DNA of 64,000 bases from an uncultured Geobacteraceae bacterium (GCA_964509295.1 CAZDWS010000003.1:143300-207299); one strand, 5' to 3'. Shown: positions 49,089-59,879, counted from the stretch's first letter. Notes: generated by a model from the sequence alone, not told the origin. Numbers and translations are program-made.

Positions 49089-50375
49089 CTACAGTTGTGA
49101 CGATTTCAAAGCCTGCTCAATATCAGCGAGAATGTCATCGATATTTTCAAGCCCGATGGAAAGACGGATAAAGTCAGGAGAAACGCCGGAAGCAATTTGT
49201 TCCTGTTCGGAAAGCTGCTGATGGGTCGTAGAAGCCGGGTGGATAACCAGCGACTTGGCATCACCGATATTGGCCAGATGAGACAGCAGTTTAACGTTAT
49301 CGATAAACTTTTTACCCGCCTCAATTCCGCCCTTGATACCAAATCCGATAATAGCCCCCTCGCCTTTTGGCAGGTACTTTCTGGCACGATCATGATCTTT
49401 ATGACCGGGCAGACCAGGATAGTTTACCCAGGAAACCAGAGGCTGTTTTTCCAGCCAGGCGGCAACGCAGCGGGCATTTTCCACATGGCGCGCCATGCGA
49501 ACATGCAGAGTTTCCAGCCCTTGGATAATCTGAAAAGCATTGAATGGAGAAAGACAGGCACCGGTATCACGCAGCAGAGTCAAACGCATTTTAAGAATAT
49601 AGGAAAGTCCACCAAGCGCTTCCCAGTAATTCAGACCGTGATAGGAAGGATCCGGACCGTTAATTTCAGGGAATTTACCATTATTCCAGGGGAATTTACC
49701 GCCATCAACGACTGCACCGCCGATACTGGTTCCATGCCCGCCGATAAACTTTGTCAGTGAATAGACAACAATATCTGCGCCATGCTCAAGAGGCTTGAAG
49801 AGGTAAGGAGTCGTGACGGTATTGTCTACAACAAGAGGAATTCCGGCTTCACGGGCAATCTTGCCGATGGCTTCAAAATCATCCACGTTGTTCTTGGGGT
49901 TGCCGACAGATTCCGTATAAACCAGACGTGTATTCTCATCAATGGCACTACGAACATTTTCAGCATTGGATGTATCAACAAATTTCACTTTAATGCCGAG
50001 TTTGGGCAATGTGTAATGAAAGAGGTTATACGTCCCGCCGTAAAGATAATTTGTGGAAACAATATTCTGGCCGGCCTGGGCGATATTGAGAACCGCATAG
50101 GTAATGGCAGCCTGACCTGAGGCAACCGCCAGCGCGCCAACACCGCCGTCAAGAGCTGCCAGTCTTTGCTCAAGAACATCAGTTGTGGGATTCATCAAAC
50201 GAGTATAAATATTGCCGAACTCCTTCAACCCAAACAGATTGGCGGCATGTTCTGAACTTTTAAATACATAAGAAGATGTCTGATAAATCGGAACTGCCCT
50301 GGAGAGGGTTGCTGAATCCGGAGATTGTCCTGCATGGAGTAGAAGTGTTTCTATTGAGTGTTGTTTTGATTCCAT
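49089..50375 (-). CDS. metY: O-acetylhomoserine aminocarboxypropyltransferase (sulfhydrylase), PLP-dependent
   Basis: 428 aa. 'ETLLLHAGQ' N-terminus, and the PLP-lysine context '[11 protein letters not shown]'. Confidence 0.85.
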   Translation of the reverse strand: MESKQHSIETLLLHAGQSPDSATLSRAVPIYQTSSYVFKSSEHAANLFGLKEFGNIYTRLMNPTTDVLEQRLAALDGGVGALAVASGQAAITYAVLNIAQAGQNIVSTNYLYGGTYNLFHYTLPKLGIKVKFVDTSNAENVRSAIDENTRLVYTESVGNPKNNVDDFEAIGKIAREAGIPLVVDNTVTTPYLFKPLEHGADIVVYSLTKFIGGHGTSIGGAVVDGGKFPWNNGKFPEINGPDPSYHGLNYWEALGGLSYILKMRLTLLRDTGACLSPFNAFQIIQGLETLHVRMARHVENARCVAAWLEKQPLVSWVNYPGLPGHKDHDRARKYLPKGEGAIIGFGIKGGIEAGKKFIDNVKLLSHLANIGDAKSLVIHPASTTHQQLSEQEQIASGVSPDFIRLSIGLENIDDILADIEQALKSSQL

Positions 50376-50474
50376 TATTCCTCCAGTTACTTTGTATTGA
50401 AAGCAAAACTATCTTTCACCACAAATCAAGTCAAGTTTTTTTTAAATCAATAAGATCGTTTTTGTAAACTTTAT

Positions 50475-50834
50475 TTAAATCGTTATGGAAGTGCCGGGAG
50501 ACTGTTTTTGGTCAATTGAAGGTGAATTAAAAGATGAAACAAGCAGATAAAAAAACAGAGCCACAAAACAGATCAACCAGAGAAAGACCGGCATTATTTT
50601 AACACCTGCATCACGTCGATCAGATGAGAGTACAAAACCCAGTACTGTCACTACAACACCATAACCACCAATTGCTGCAGCCCAAAAGATACCTTTACCA
50701 TAAAGCCCCTGCCCTGCAGTAACTGATAGAGACATAACAGATGCCAACTCTCCATGAAAAAAACTGACCATTATGATCAGAACCAGGGACACCAGCAGGA
50801 AACGTAATCCATTTCTAACAAGACGTTTACGCAT
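50475..50834 (-). CDS. Small integral membrane protein, hypothetical
   Basis: 119 aa with three or four predicted TM helices. Confidence 0.4.
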   Translation of the reverse strand: MRKRLVRNGLRFLLVSLVLIIMVSFFHGELASVMSLSVTAGQGLYGKGIFWAAAIGGYGVVVTVLGFVLSSDRRDAGVKIMPVFLWLICFVALFFYLLVSSFNSPSIDQKQSPGTSITI

Positions 50835-50849
50835 AAAATACTATATCAA

Positions 50850-51458
50850 TTAGTTGCACCAGGACACATCTCCTATACCCACCCTTAAGATCTCAGGCGT
50901 ATCACTGACAAGGCTTATGACAGAACTGACATGGGTAGAAAGCAGACCGCCATCAACAATCATATCCAGTCTACTGCCGAACAGGTCTTCTATCAGATCC
51001 GGATTTCCTATGGGCTCTTCACCTGAAAGATTCGCACTGGTGGTGACTATGGGATGCCCAAGCAACTGCACAATATCAAGACAGATTCTGTTGTCAGGCA
51101 TGCGAATTCCGACTGTTTTCTGACGTGTCAACAACAGGTCCGGCACATCACGTGTGGCGTCAAGAACAAATGTATAAGGACCTGGTAGATATCTTTTCAG
51201 GATTTTAAAGGCCGTATTACTGACACGGGAATATTTGGCAACTTCAGAAAGATTCGGGCAGATGAATGAAAACGGTTTTTTCTTTTCACGCTGTTTCATC
51301 TGATAAATTCGCTCAAGCCCTTTTTTGTTAAATATAGAGCAGCCGATTCCATATGTTGTATCTGTCGGATATGCGATGATACCACCATCCTGCAGACATT
51401 TAACAACGCGAGTAATGTAACGGACTTGCGGATGTTCCGGATGAATTTCCAGCAGCAT
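50850..51458 (-). CDS. tsaC: L-threonylcarbamoyladenylate synthase (YrdC/TsaC type)
   Basis: 'IAYPTDTTYGIGC' YrdC signature. 202 aa. Confidence 0.8.
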   Translation of the reverse strand: MLLEIHPEHPQVRYITRVVKCLQDGGIIAYPTDTTYGIGCSIFNKKGLERIYQMKQREKKKPFSFICPNLSEVAKYSRVSNTAFKILKRYLPGPYTFVLDATRDVPDLLLTRQKTVGIRMPDNRICLDIVQLLGHPIVTTSANLSGEEPIGNPDLIEDLFGSRLDMIVDGGLLSTHVSSVISLVSDTPEILRVGIGDVSWCN

Positions 51459-51606
51459 GCAAACTAACCTTTCATGTAAAATATGTTTTTAATACAGTTT
51501 ATAAAAGTGGGTATTGTTTTAACTACATAACGATGTAATATATACATTAAATTTTATTTTGTAGCATCAAATTCATCAATGATCATGTTTTTTTATGGAG
51601 TGGATT

Positions 51607-54600
51607 ATGCTGAGAAAGAAGAAAATTGCCATAATTGCAGCTACTTCGATTATTGCACTCCTTTTATTTATATCATTAATACTACCTTTGATTGTTCGCA
51701 GTAAAGCTATTGAAGCGATACAGAAGGAAACCGGAAGAAAAGTTGCCATTGAATCGATTTCAATCAACCCTTTGACACTGAAAGCTGCTGTCAATAAACT
51801 TGTGATTGAAGAAAAGGGGGGCGGACCTTTCATAAATATTGAACGTGTCTCCGTATCCTTCAGCCTGGCATCCATATTCAGACGGGCGATAATATTATCT
51901 GCGGTTGAGATCAACTCCCCTTCATTCAGTTTCACCAGAACGGCTCCTAATCAGTATAGTTTTTCTGATATTCTGAATAAACAGAAAGCCCCACCAAAAC
52001 CTAAAACTGAGGGTACCTCACACTTTTCAATCAATAACATAAGTATTTCAAACGGATATGTAGACTTTTTCGATCAGGCTATTGAAAAAGGCAGAAAACA
52101 CACAATACGAAAACTTGATATCAAAATTCCTTTTATCAGCAACATCCCCTACCTGGTTGAAAAGTATACTGATCCCAAGCTTTTTGCAGAAATCAATGGA
52201 GCAACATTCAATTTTGACGGCAAGCTGAAACCGCTTCATAAATCATTGGAGACATCTGTCCGGATAGATTTGAAGCAGTTGAATCTTCCCGAACTGGCGG
52301 CATATTCCCCGCAAAAACTGCCAATTGACTTGAAATCCGGCAAACTTACTATAGATACGGATGTGAGCTACAGAATTTCAGACGACAAAAAACCGGAGCT
52401 GACAATAAAAGGACTTATCAAACTTGACCAGCTTGCTGCTCAGATGCCAAATGGACAACCGCTGGTAAATCTTCCCGAATTGACTGTCAAAGCCGGCAGG
52501 CTGGAGGTTTTCACCAAAACATTTGAATTCGATTCCATCAAGTTTGATCGTCTGGAATTATTTGTAAATCGTGATACCAGGGGTCAATGGCCCCATGAGC
52601 AGCTGATACCAAAAGGCGAGTCAGCCCCCAAAGAGCCTGCAACTACTTCTAAAATAGAACCTAAGTCGGCTGATGATACGGCCAAAGTTGTTGTTTCAAC
52701 GTTCCAGATCGCCGACAGTTCTATTCATTTCCATGATGCAATACCGAAAGGTGGCTTTAAAGGTGATATTTCAAAAATCAATCTGAAACTGAACGGCTTT
52801 AACAACGCCAAAGACAAATCGGCCCTATACCAGCTTTCAATGCTGCTTGACGATGCTCTCTTCAAATCGGAAGGACAGTTCTCGCCCAACCCTTTAACTG
52901 CCAGATTAAATATGGACTTGAGTGGCCTTAAAATTCAAAAGGGCTGGCCATATGTGAACCAATATCTTACATCTCCGGTTAATGGGATTATTAACCTGTC
53001 CAGTGATGTAACCTACTCAAAAGAAAACGGACTTGAAACAGACAAAGGCACGCTGGCAATCAAAAATCTGTCTACACAATTTAATAAAACAGACAGATTT
53101 GATCTGGCCCTATTAAGCGTAAACGGAACAGCATTCAGCCAAAAAGAGAACAGCCTCACAGTAGGCGCGGTTCAGTTATCCAAAGGAAATGTCATATTTT
53201 CACGCGAATCGAATGGTTCCCTGTCACCACTGTCCTTACTGGTACAAAATCAAACACAACCCTCCACATCTGCAACTCCTGCTGTCAGCACATCGACAAA
53301 AAAGACTGTCACCAAGGAATCACAGCCTCTTAAATACAGTCTGAAGCAGTTTCATCTGGACCGCTTTAATATGGCATTTACCGATAAGACAAAAGAAGGA
53401 TTGCCCACCTTTACACTGAAAAATACAAGCCTCAGCCTGGCTAATTTTAACGGCCCCAAATTTACTCCGGCCCAACTACGTTTTTCATCTGTTTTTGGTA
53501 AAAATGCGTCGTTGAAAGTAAACGGCCTGATCACACCAAATCCATTCCGCTACAAAGGTGAAATCAATGTGGGGCAGATCCAGATCAGTGATTTTGAAGA
53601 TTATTTTCCCGATAATCTGAATGTGGAAGTTATCAGCGGCAGCTTTGATACTAAACTGAAGATGGATATAGCACTGAAAGACGGTAAGCCACTCGGCTCA
53701 TTCAGCGGCAGCAGTGGAATCAGGTCATTTCACAGTATTGACACTGCTTCTGAGGAAGACCTGCTGAAATGGGAAAGCCTGCAATTTGATAATTTTGACG
53801 GGAATCTGGAACCATTCAGCCTCAATATCAGCCAGATTGCACTGAACAACTTTTATTCAAAAATTGTAGTTCGTAAAAACGGGACATTGAACCTGCAGAA
53901 TCTGGTCAGCAAGGAAGAATCAGAAAAGAAAGAGACAAATCAGACAGCAGCCATCCAACCACAGGTTTCCAGTTCTGAGGTTGCTGAGCCCGGTACCCGG
54001 AAGATCAATTCAGACCAGAAATCAATAAAGGTGGGTGCCGTTACTATTCAGGGTGGTACGCTCAACTTTACGGACAATCACCTGCCGGAACAATTTACTA
54101 CAACTTTTTTCAACCTGGGCGGACGGGTCAGCGGCTTGTCATCTGAGGATGCACAGATGGCTGATGTTGATCTGCGTGGTAATTTGGAGAACCATTCGCC
54201 CCTGCAGATTTCCGGTAAGATCAACCCATTACGTGACGATATTTTTATCGACCTTACGGTTTCATTCAAGGACATTGAGTTATCACCGGTAACACCGTAT
54301 ACAGGAACATTTCTTGGGTACACCGTTGAAAAAGGAAAGCTAAATCTTGACTTGAAGTACCACATTGAAAAGAAAGTACTGAATTCAGAAAACAAGATTT
54401 TTGTTGATCAGTTTACTTTTGGAAATAAGGTTGAGAGCGATAAGGCAACCAATCTGCCGGTAAAACTTGGTTTGGCACTCCTTAAGGATCGAAAGGGAGA
54501 AATCCACCTGGATGTGCCGGTTACCGGACGCACTGACGATCCAAAATTCAGCATCTGGAGACTGGTCTTCCAGGTTTTGAGCAACCTGATGGTTAAGGCT

Positions 54601-55221
54601 GTTTCATCACCATTTTCGCTTCTTTCCTCGATGTTCGGTGGAGGTGAAGATCTTAGCAGTATACCATTTACCAATGGCAGCAGTACATTAAGGCCACAGG
54701 AAGAGTTAAAACTGAAATCACTTGCCAAAGCCCTGACCGACCGTCCTGCACTTAAAATAGAACTCAAAGCCTATGTTGACCCTGTGCGTGATGCTGAAAG
54801 CTACAAGTCGGAATTGCTTGATCGCAAAATAAGGAATGAAAAATACATTACCCTGGCCAAAGAACAGCAGAGTTCAGGTATCAATGCTGAAGCAGTAAAG
54901 GTTCTGCCGGAAGAATATTCAGCCTATCTGAAAGCTGTCTATAAAAAAGAAAAGTTCCCCAAACCCAGAAACATGATCGGCCTGGTCAAGGATCTACCTG
55001 ATGGTGAAATGAAAAAACTTATCATAACCAATACTGTTGTGGGTAATAACGAACTAAGGGCACTTGCACAGGAAAGAAACAGCGCCGTAATGAATTATCT
55101 GATAAACAGGGAGGGAGTTGACTCCAAACGAATTTTTCAGAAAATTGATGACATCAACAAAAAACCTGAAAAAGAGGGTGTTTCGGCCAGCCGCGTAGAG
55201 CTGAACGTTATTGTTCAGTAA
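51607..55221 (+). CDS. Very large (~1204 aa) AsmA-like / DUF748-type envelope protein
   Basis: N-terminal signal anchor, then a long beta-rich, Ser/Thr/Asn/Lys-rich region, low GC. Start chosen at the second ATG (51607), which has a GGAG RBS. Confidence 0.65.
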   Translation: MLRKKKIAIIAATSIIALLLFISLILPLIVRSKAIEAIQKETGRKVAIESISINPLTLKAAVNKLVIEEKGGGPFINIERVSVSFSLASIFRRAIILSAVEINSPSFSFTRTAPNQYSFSDILNKQKAPPKPKTEGTSHFSINNISISNGYVDFFDQAIEKGRKHTIRKLDIKIPFISNIPYLVEKYTDPKLFAEINGATFNFDGKLKPLHKSLETSVRIDLKQLNLPELAAYSPQKLPIDLKSGKLTIDTDVSYRISDDKKPELTIKGLIKLDQLAAQMPNGQPLVNLPELTVKAGRLEVFTKTFEFDSIKFDRLELFVNRDTRGQWPHEQLIPKGESAPKEPATTSKIEPKSADDTAKVVVSTFQIADSSIHFHDAIPKGGFKGDISKINLKLNGFNNAKDKSALYQLSMLLDDALFKSEGQFSPNPLTARLNMDLSGLKIQKGWPYVNQYLTSPVNGIINLSSDVTYSKENGLETDKGTLAIKNLSTQFNKTDRFDLALLSVNGTAFSQKENSLTVGAVQLSKGNVIFSRESNGSLSPLSLLVQNQTQPSTSATPAVSTSTKKTVTKESQPLKYSLKQFHLDRFNMAFTDKTKEGLPTFTLKNTSLSLANFNGPKFTPAQLRFSSVFGKNASLKVNGLITPNPFRYKGEINVGQIQISDFEDYFPDNLNVEVISGSFDTKLKMDIALKDGKPLGSFSGSSGIRSFHSIDTASEEDLLKWESLQFDNFDGNLEPFSLNISQIALNNFYSKIVVRKNGTLNLQNLVSKEESEKKETNQTAAIQPQVSSSEVAEPGTRKINSDQKSIKVGAVTIQGGTLNFTDNHLPEQFTTTFFNLGGRVSGLSSEDAQMADVDLRGNLENHSPLQISGKINPLRDDIFIDLTVSFKDIELSPVTPYTGTFLGYTVEKGKLNLDLKYHIEKKVLNSENKIFVDQFTFGNKVESDKATNLPVKLGLALLKDRKGEIHLDVPVTGRTDDPKFSIWRLVFQVLSNLMVKAVSSPFSLLSSMFGGGEDLSSIPFTNGSSTLRPQEELKLKSLAKALTDRPALKIELKAYVDPVRDAESYKSELLDRKIRNEKYITLAKEQQSSGINAEAVKVLPEEYSAYLKAVYKKEKFPKPRNMIGLVKDLPDGEMKKLIITNTVVGNNELRALAQERNSAVMNYLINREGVDSKRIFQKIDDINKKPEKEGVSASRVELNVIVQ

Positions 55222-55238
55222 ATTGTATCTGACAACTG

Positions 55239-56150
55239 CTATTGAGCTGTCAACATTTTGCAGCTGTTGACAGCGTACATTCCCGTAAGCAGGTTGCAGC
55301 CTGGCGGATCTGCCAGAGCTGCAGCCAGGGAGTTCTCCAACTCTATCCGTCTAAATGTTTCAACAGTACGGCTTACGGCATCTTCAACCAGGTCATCTAT
55401 TTTAGATTTCCTGGCCTCCCCTGTAACGGGATGCTTCCACTCAACCTCTTCAGACATTTGATTTAAATCCCTATCACCTAAAATCTCAATCGGATAAAAC
55501 AGGTGGCGCTGCTGATCGTAGGGCTTCCCGAGAAATGCTCCCAGCAGATTCACTACCAGTTTCCAAAAAATGTTGCTGTACATGGACTGAAAACGGCAAT
55601 GCAGTTTTAGAGACCTTGAAACTGCCGAACGCGGCAATTCGGATGCAGTTGAAAACAATATTTCGGCTACTGAAATAATTGACTGTTCTGATTCAGCCGT
55701 TATCAAATCATACAGTTTATTTACAGGTGGCTGAATACATTTGGATGTCAGATACATATCCATATCAGTCTCAAGCTGGTAGTGTCGACCAATATCATCA
55801 ATTCCAGTTAAAGCGAATATGTAAGGATGAAACACCATATCTGCCTGCATATGGGTTATCACGCCAAGCAGACAGGATAAAACCGGATCTGAAAGCGGTT
55901 GGCCAAGCTGTGACTCAGCGCGTATCAAAGGGTCATAACTGTTACCATCAGTATTATGAAATCTGCCTGCGGCAGCTAGTGCCGACTTTGCATCTGGTCC
56001 GTTAAACAAATGCAATAAGGTATCTGGCAGAACAGCACCTGCCAGATATTCCTTTTTAAAGTAGTCAATTACACCGTACAGTCGGCTATCGCAGCTGAGT
56101 TCTTTCCATGCCCGTTCTGCAATAATCCAGTGGGTGAGTTCTTTCGGCAA
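55239..56150 (-). CDS. Hypothetical protein, possibly a zinc-dependent phospholipase C-like fold
   Basis: N-terminal 'THWIIAERAW'. 303 aa. The assignment is tentative. Confidence 0.4.
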   Translation of the reverse strand: MPKELTHWIIAERAWKELSCDSRLYGVIDYFKKEYLAGAVLPDTLLHLFNGPDAKSALAAAGRFHNTDGNSYDPLIRAESQLGQPLSDPVLSCLLGVITHMQADMVFHPYIFALTGIDDIGRHYQLETDMDMYLTSKCIQPPVNKLYDLITAESEQSIISVAEILFSTASELPRSAVSRSLKLHCRFQSMYSNIFWKLVVNLLGAFLGKPYDQQRHLFYPIEILGDRDLNQMSEEVEWKHPVTGEARKSKIDDLVEDAVSRTVETFRRIELENSLAAALADPPGCNLLTGMYAVNSCKMLTAQ

Positions 56151-56180
56151 GGTGTTACTCCGTTATAGTAGTTGAAAACA

Positions 56181-56762
56181 TCACGACAAAAAGTCTTTTC
56201 GAATGTTGTCCCGGTGCCCGAACAAAACAATAATAACAATCAAACAGTAAACTAAAAACTCATTGGTTGCCCAATTATTGTTGTTTCGAGTGTGATTAAT
56301 CGCCATCAATATTGGAGAACAGGCCAAGGCAAGCAAGCCGGACATGGTGGTCCGACGAAAAAACAATAACAAACAGACAGCAAGCAGGAAACCATACAGC
56401 AAAACTAAAGGTTCAAGCAGCAACATGCTTCCGGCAAAAGTGGCAAACCCCTTGCCTCCACGAAAAGAGAGCTGAAACGGCCAGATATGCCCACACACAA
56501 CGGCCAGAAAAGCTGCATACACCAACCAGCCTGAAGTTGCAAAATACTGGGCAATCCAGACTGCCGCCAACCCTTTGCCAGCGTCACCGATCAATGTGAT
56601 GATAAAACCCTTTGTTCCCAGCAGCCTGCCCACATTGCGGCTGCCGGTCCCTCCACTGGAAATAGAACGGATATCGCAATTGCTCAAGGATTTGACCAGG
56701 TAGAAACCTGTATTGATGCAGCCCAGGAGGTATGCAACCAGTATGGTAAAAACCGCTGTCAT
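56181..56762 (-). CDS. plsY: Glycerol-3-phosphate acyltransferase PlsY
   Basis: 193 aa multi-TM protein. 'GGTGSRNVGRLLG' and 'GGKGFATFAG' PlsY motifs. Confidence 0.85.
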   Translation of the reverse strand: MTAVFTILVAYLLGCINTGFYLVKSLSNCDIRSISSGGTGSRNVGRLLGTKGFIITLIGDAGKGLAAVWIAQYFATSGWLVYAAFLAVVCGHIWPFQLSFRGGKGFATFAGSMLLLEPLVLLYGFLLAVCLLLFFRRTTMSGLLALACSPILMAINHTRNNNNWATNEFLVYCLIVIIVLFGHRDNIRKDFLS

Positions 56763-56950
56763 GATAAAAACGCCTTATATTGATCTTTTGCTGTTAATTT
56801 AATCAGGAATCATAATTTAGTATTTATCATTTTTTACGTTAATACACTTCTTAAAACTTATTATAATGTAATAAAACTTGCAATTCTAACTGATTATAAG
56901 TATTGTAAACTCCTTTGAATACCAACCAGTAACGAGGAGCGCCAATCAGT

Positions 56951-57169
56951 ATGAGTAAAGAAGAAGCAATTGAAGTTGAAGGAACAGTAATTGAGCCGTT
57001 ACCCAATGCCATGTTCCGAGTAAGACTTGAAAATGACCACGTTGTTCTGGCGCATATCTCCGGTAAAATGCGAAAATATTTTATCAAGATTCTTCCTGGC
57101 GACAAGGTTACAGTAGAGTTGTCTCCTTACGATCTCAGCCGTGGCCGCATCACATACCGCGCTAAATAA
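56951..57169 (+). CDS. infA: Translation initiation factor IF-1
   Basis: 72 aa. '[35 protein letters not shown]' S1-like fold, near-identical to canonical IF-1. Confidence 0.95.
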   Translation: MSKEEAIEVEGTVIEPLPNAMFRVRLENDHVVLAHISGKMRKYFIKILPGDKVTVELSPYDLSRGRITYRAK

Positions 57170-57197
57170 CTCTCAATTACAGCATGTTATATTTACA

Positions 57198-57229
57198 GGC
57201 CCATCTTCAATGGTGGGCTTGTTTTATTT
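57198..57229 (+). terminator. Rho-independent terminator after infA
   Basis: GGCCCATC-ttcaat-GGTGGGCT stem (one G.U pair) followed by TTGTTTTATTT. Confidence 0.5.
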
Positions 57230-57253
57230 AAAAAAACATTCAGTGAGGAAACA

Positions 57254-57817
57254 ATGTACAACGCAGCTGACTTAAAAAAAGGTCTTAAAATTATTCTGGA
57301 TGGCGACCCTTATCTGATCATCGCTTTTGACTTCACCAAACCCGGTAAAGGACAGGCCCTATATCGCACCAAAATGCGCAATATGATCAACGGAACAATT
57401 CTTGACCGTACCTACCGTTCCGGTGAAACCTTCGAGCCTGCAAGCCTGGAAGAGCGCACAATGGAATACCTCTACAAAGAAGATACCCATTACACCTTCA
57501 TGGATCAACAGACCTATGAGCAGGTAGTCATGGAAGAAGAGACTGTTGGTGACTCCAAAAACTTCATGCTAGAAAACCTGAAGGTAGAAGTTCTTATTTT
57601 TGGTGAAAAAGCTATCGGCGTAACCTTGCCAAATTTTGTCAATCTGCGCGTTACCCATACCGAGCAATGGGCAAAGGGCGATACAAGCGGTAATGACTCC
57701 AAACCTGCAACAGTAGAAACCGGCTATACCCTCAGAGTTCCACCTTTTATCGAAGAAGGCGAACTGATCACCATTGACACCCGCAATGGAGAGTATTCAA
57801 CACGCGTTAAAGGCTAA
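57254..57817 (+). CDS. efp: Elongation factor P
   Basis: 187 aa. 'DGDPYLIIAFDFTKPGKGQA' carries the conserved KPGKG loop, with the modifiable Lys at position 34. Confidence 0.95.
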   Translation: MYNAADLKKGLKIILDGDPYLIIAFDFTKPGKGQALYRTKMRNMINGTILDRTYRSGETFEPASLEERTMEYLYKEDTHYTFMDQQTYEQVVMEEETVGDSKNFMLENLKVEVLIFGEKAIGVTLPNFVNLRVTHTEQWAKGDTSGNDSKPATVETGYTLRVPPFIEEGELITIDTRNGEYSTRVKG

Positions 57818-57840
57818 TAGCCCTCTTAAATAAAAATTAT

Positions 57841-57878
57841 AACGAAAGGGCGAGTCAGATATGACTCGCCCTTTCGTT
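57841..57878. other. Perfect 17-bp stem / 4-nt loop hairpin between efp and epmA
   Basis: AACGAAAGGGCGAGTCA-gata-TGACTCGCCCTTTCGTT. No T-tract follows on the plus strand. An A/T-rich tract precedes it, which is a T-tract when read on the minus strand. Confidence 0.6.
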
Positions 57879-57892
57879 ATCAGAGTTTAAAC

Positions 57893-58783
57893 ATGACCAA
57901 TCGAGATAAAAATCTTTATTTACGCGCATCCGTCATTAATTCTATTCGAGAGTTTTTTAATTCCCGTGATTTCCTGGAAGTGGAAACGCCATTACGCATT
58001 CCTGCCAATGCCCCGGAAGAGTATATTGATCCATTCAATTCAGAGAACAAATACCTACAGACCTCGCCGGAAATATGCATGAAAAGATTACTCTGCCGTG
58101 GTCACAAAAGAATTTATCAGATCAGCCGTTGCTGGCGCAAGGGTGAACGCGGCAACAGACATCTGCCCGAATTCACTATGTTGGAATGGTATCGCGCAGA
58201 CAGTGATTACGGCGACTTGATGAATGATTGTGATGAGTTATTAGCACATGTAACCACAAAATGTGGCAAGCATACTGGAGCGCAAATCATCCAGACAGGT
58301 AAAGCAGAAAGAATAACGGTTCAAGAGGCATTTCAACGCTACAGCAAAAAAGAGATGTTTGAGTCAGTGCGGGATCATAGCTTCGATGAATGTATTGTAA
58401 GTGAAATTGAGCCTGCTCTTCCTCACAACATACCGGTAATTTTAATGGATTACCCTGCGCCGATGGCCTCTCTGGCCCGTTTAAAACCTGAAGACAAAAG
58501 TGTGGCAGAGCGCTTTGAACTTTATCTGGGGGGATTGGAACTGGCAAACGGTTTCAGCGAATTAAATGACCCGGCAGAGCAGATGGAACGTTTTACAGAA
58601 ACCAATCTGCGCCGGAAGGCTGTTGGCTTAGCTCCCCTGCCAATGCCGGAACCTTTCCTGAAAGAATTGGCAAAAATGCCCATTTCTGCCGGGATAGCGC
58701 TGGGTGTAGACCGACTTGTAATGCTGCTTGGTGATGTTGAAAAAATTGACGATGTGGTGGCATTTACGCCTGAGGAGTTATAG
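57893..58783 (+). CDS. epmA: EF-P lysine34 lysyltransferase (EpmA/PoxA/GenX; truncated class II LysRS paralog)
   Basis: 296 aa with class II aaRS catalytic core motifs and no anticodon-binding domain. It is adjacent to efp. Confidence 0.8.
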   Translation: MTNRDKNLYLRASVINSIREFFNSRDFLEVETPLRIPANAPEEYIDPFNSENKYLQTSPEICMKRLLCRGHKRIYQISRCWRKGERGNRHLPEFTMLEWYRADSDYGDLMNDCDELLAHVTTKCGKHTGAQIIQTGKAERITVQEAFQRYSKKEMFESVRDHSFDECIVSEIEPALPHNIPVILMDYPAPMASLARLKPEDKSVAERFELYLGGLELANGFSELNDPAEQMERFTETNLRRKAVGLAPLPMPEPFLKELAKMPISAGIALGVDRLVMLLGDVEKIDDVVAFTPEEL

Positions 58784-59801
58784 GGTCGCGATAAACAATT
58801 CGCTCCCCCTTGTAATTCATCAGATACAGCAGGTCCCCTTCCCGCTCCATACAATCTGGCAGAATGGCGACCTTCCCCTTCCCGCCCGGCAGGTCAATCA
58901 CATAATGCGGAACAGCCAGACCTGATATATGGCCTCTTAATCCCCTGACAATCTCAAGGCCCTTTGAAACCGGGGTTCGAAAATGGGCCGTACCCCTGAC
59001 AAGATCCATCTGATGAATGTAATAAGGCCTTACACGAATACGCAGCAAACCTGTCATCAATTCGCGCATCACATCAATGGAATCGTTCACACCAGCAAGA
59101 AGAACAGTTTGATTGCCTAAAGGTATACCTGCATCAGCCAACATGTTGCAGGCTTTGCCGGATGCCGCAGTTATTTCAGCAGGATGATTAAAATGAGTAT
59201 TGATATAGAGCGGATGAAAACGTTTCAATATGGAGCAAAGCTCGTCTGTTATGCGCTCCGGCATGGTAACCGGAATACGGGTTCCGATGCGGATAATTGA
59301 AATATGTTTAATTGATCGCAATCGTGTCAGCAGATATAATAGTGAATCATCATCCAGCATCAGCGGATCACCGCCGGAAAGAATGACATCTCTAATAGAA
59401 GTCGTGGCGGTAATGTAATCAAGGGCTGTATCGATCGCACTTCGAGAAAGTGGACTATCTCCCTCGCCGACGTGCCTCTTTCGCATGCAGAATCTGCAGT
59501 AAACCGGACAACGGTTGGAAACCAGCAGAACAGCCCTGTCCGGATAACGGTGAATCAGTCCGGCAACCGGGCTAAGCAGCCCTTCAGCCAGCGGATCAGA
59601 TAGTTGTTCATGATCCTGTAGTTCAAAAGGGCTTGGAACACATTGCAGCCAAACAGGATCATTCTCTTGCTGAATTAAATCCGCATAGGACTGAGACAAC
59701 TGAAATGGATATAGATTGGCAACGGCTTGCAACTCTGCAAGCTTATCCAAATTTGTGATTATTTTACCGAGCGTTATGCTATTTGTCTTAATGTATTTCA
59801 T
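58764..59801 (-). CDS. epmB: Lysine 2,3-aminomutase-like radical SAM (EpmB/YjeK)
   Basis: 'CPVYCRFCMRKRHVGE' KamA-type CxxxCxxC. 345 aa. Its 3' end overlaps the epmA 3' end convergently. Confidence 0.8.
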   Translation of the reverse strand: MKYIKTNSITLGKIITNLDKLAELQAVANLYPFQLSQSYADLIQQENDPVWLQCVPSPFELQDHEQLSDPLAEGLLSPVAGLIHRYPDRAVLLVSNRCPVYCRFCMRKRHVGEGDSPLSRSAIDTALDYITATTSIRDVILSGGDPLMLDDDSLLYLLTRLRSIKHISIIRIGTRIPVTMPERITDELCSILKRFHPLYINTHFNHPAEITAASGKACNMLADAGIPLGNQTVLLAGVNDSIDVMRELMTGLLRIRVRPYYIHQMDLVRGTAHFRTPVSKGLEIVRGLRGHISGLAVPHYVIDLPGGKGKVAILPDCMEREGDLLYLMNYKGERIVYRDPITPQA

Positions 59802-59879
59802 GAAGTTTATATATCACATGTAATATGGCTTGAAAACTGATTCAGACAAAAAGGAGAGAGTTAATCCAGATCGACAGAC

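Noticed and set aside
49197-49760. 187-aa plus-strand ORF opposite metY
   Set aside because: Nested antisense ORF. metY has clear PLP-enzyme features.
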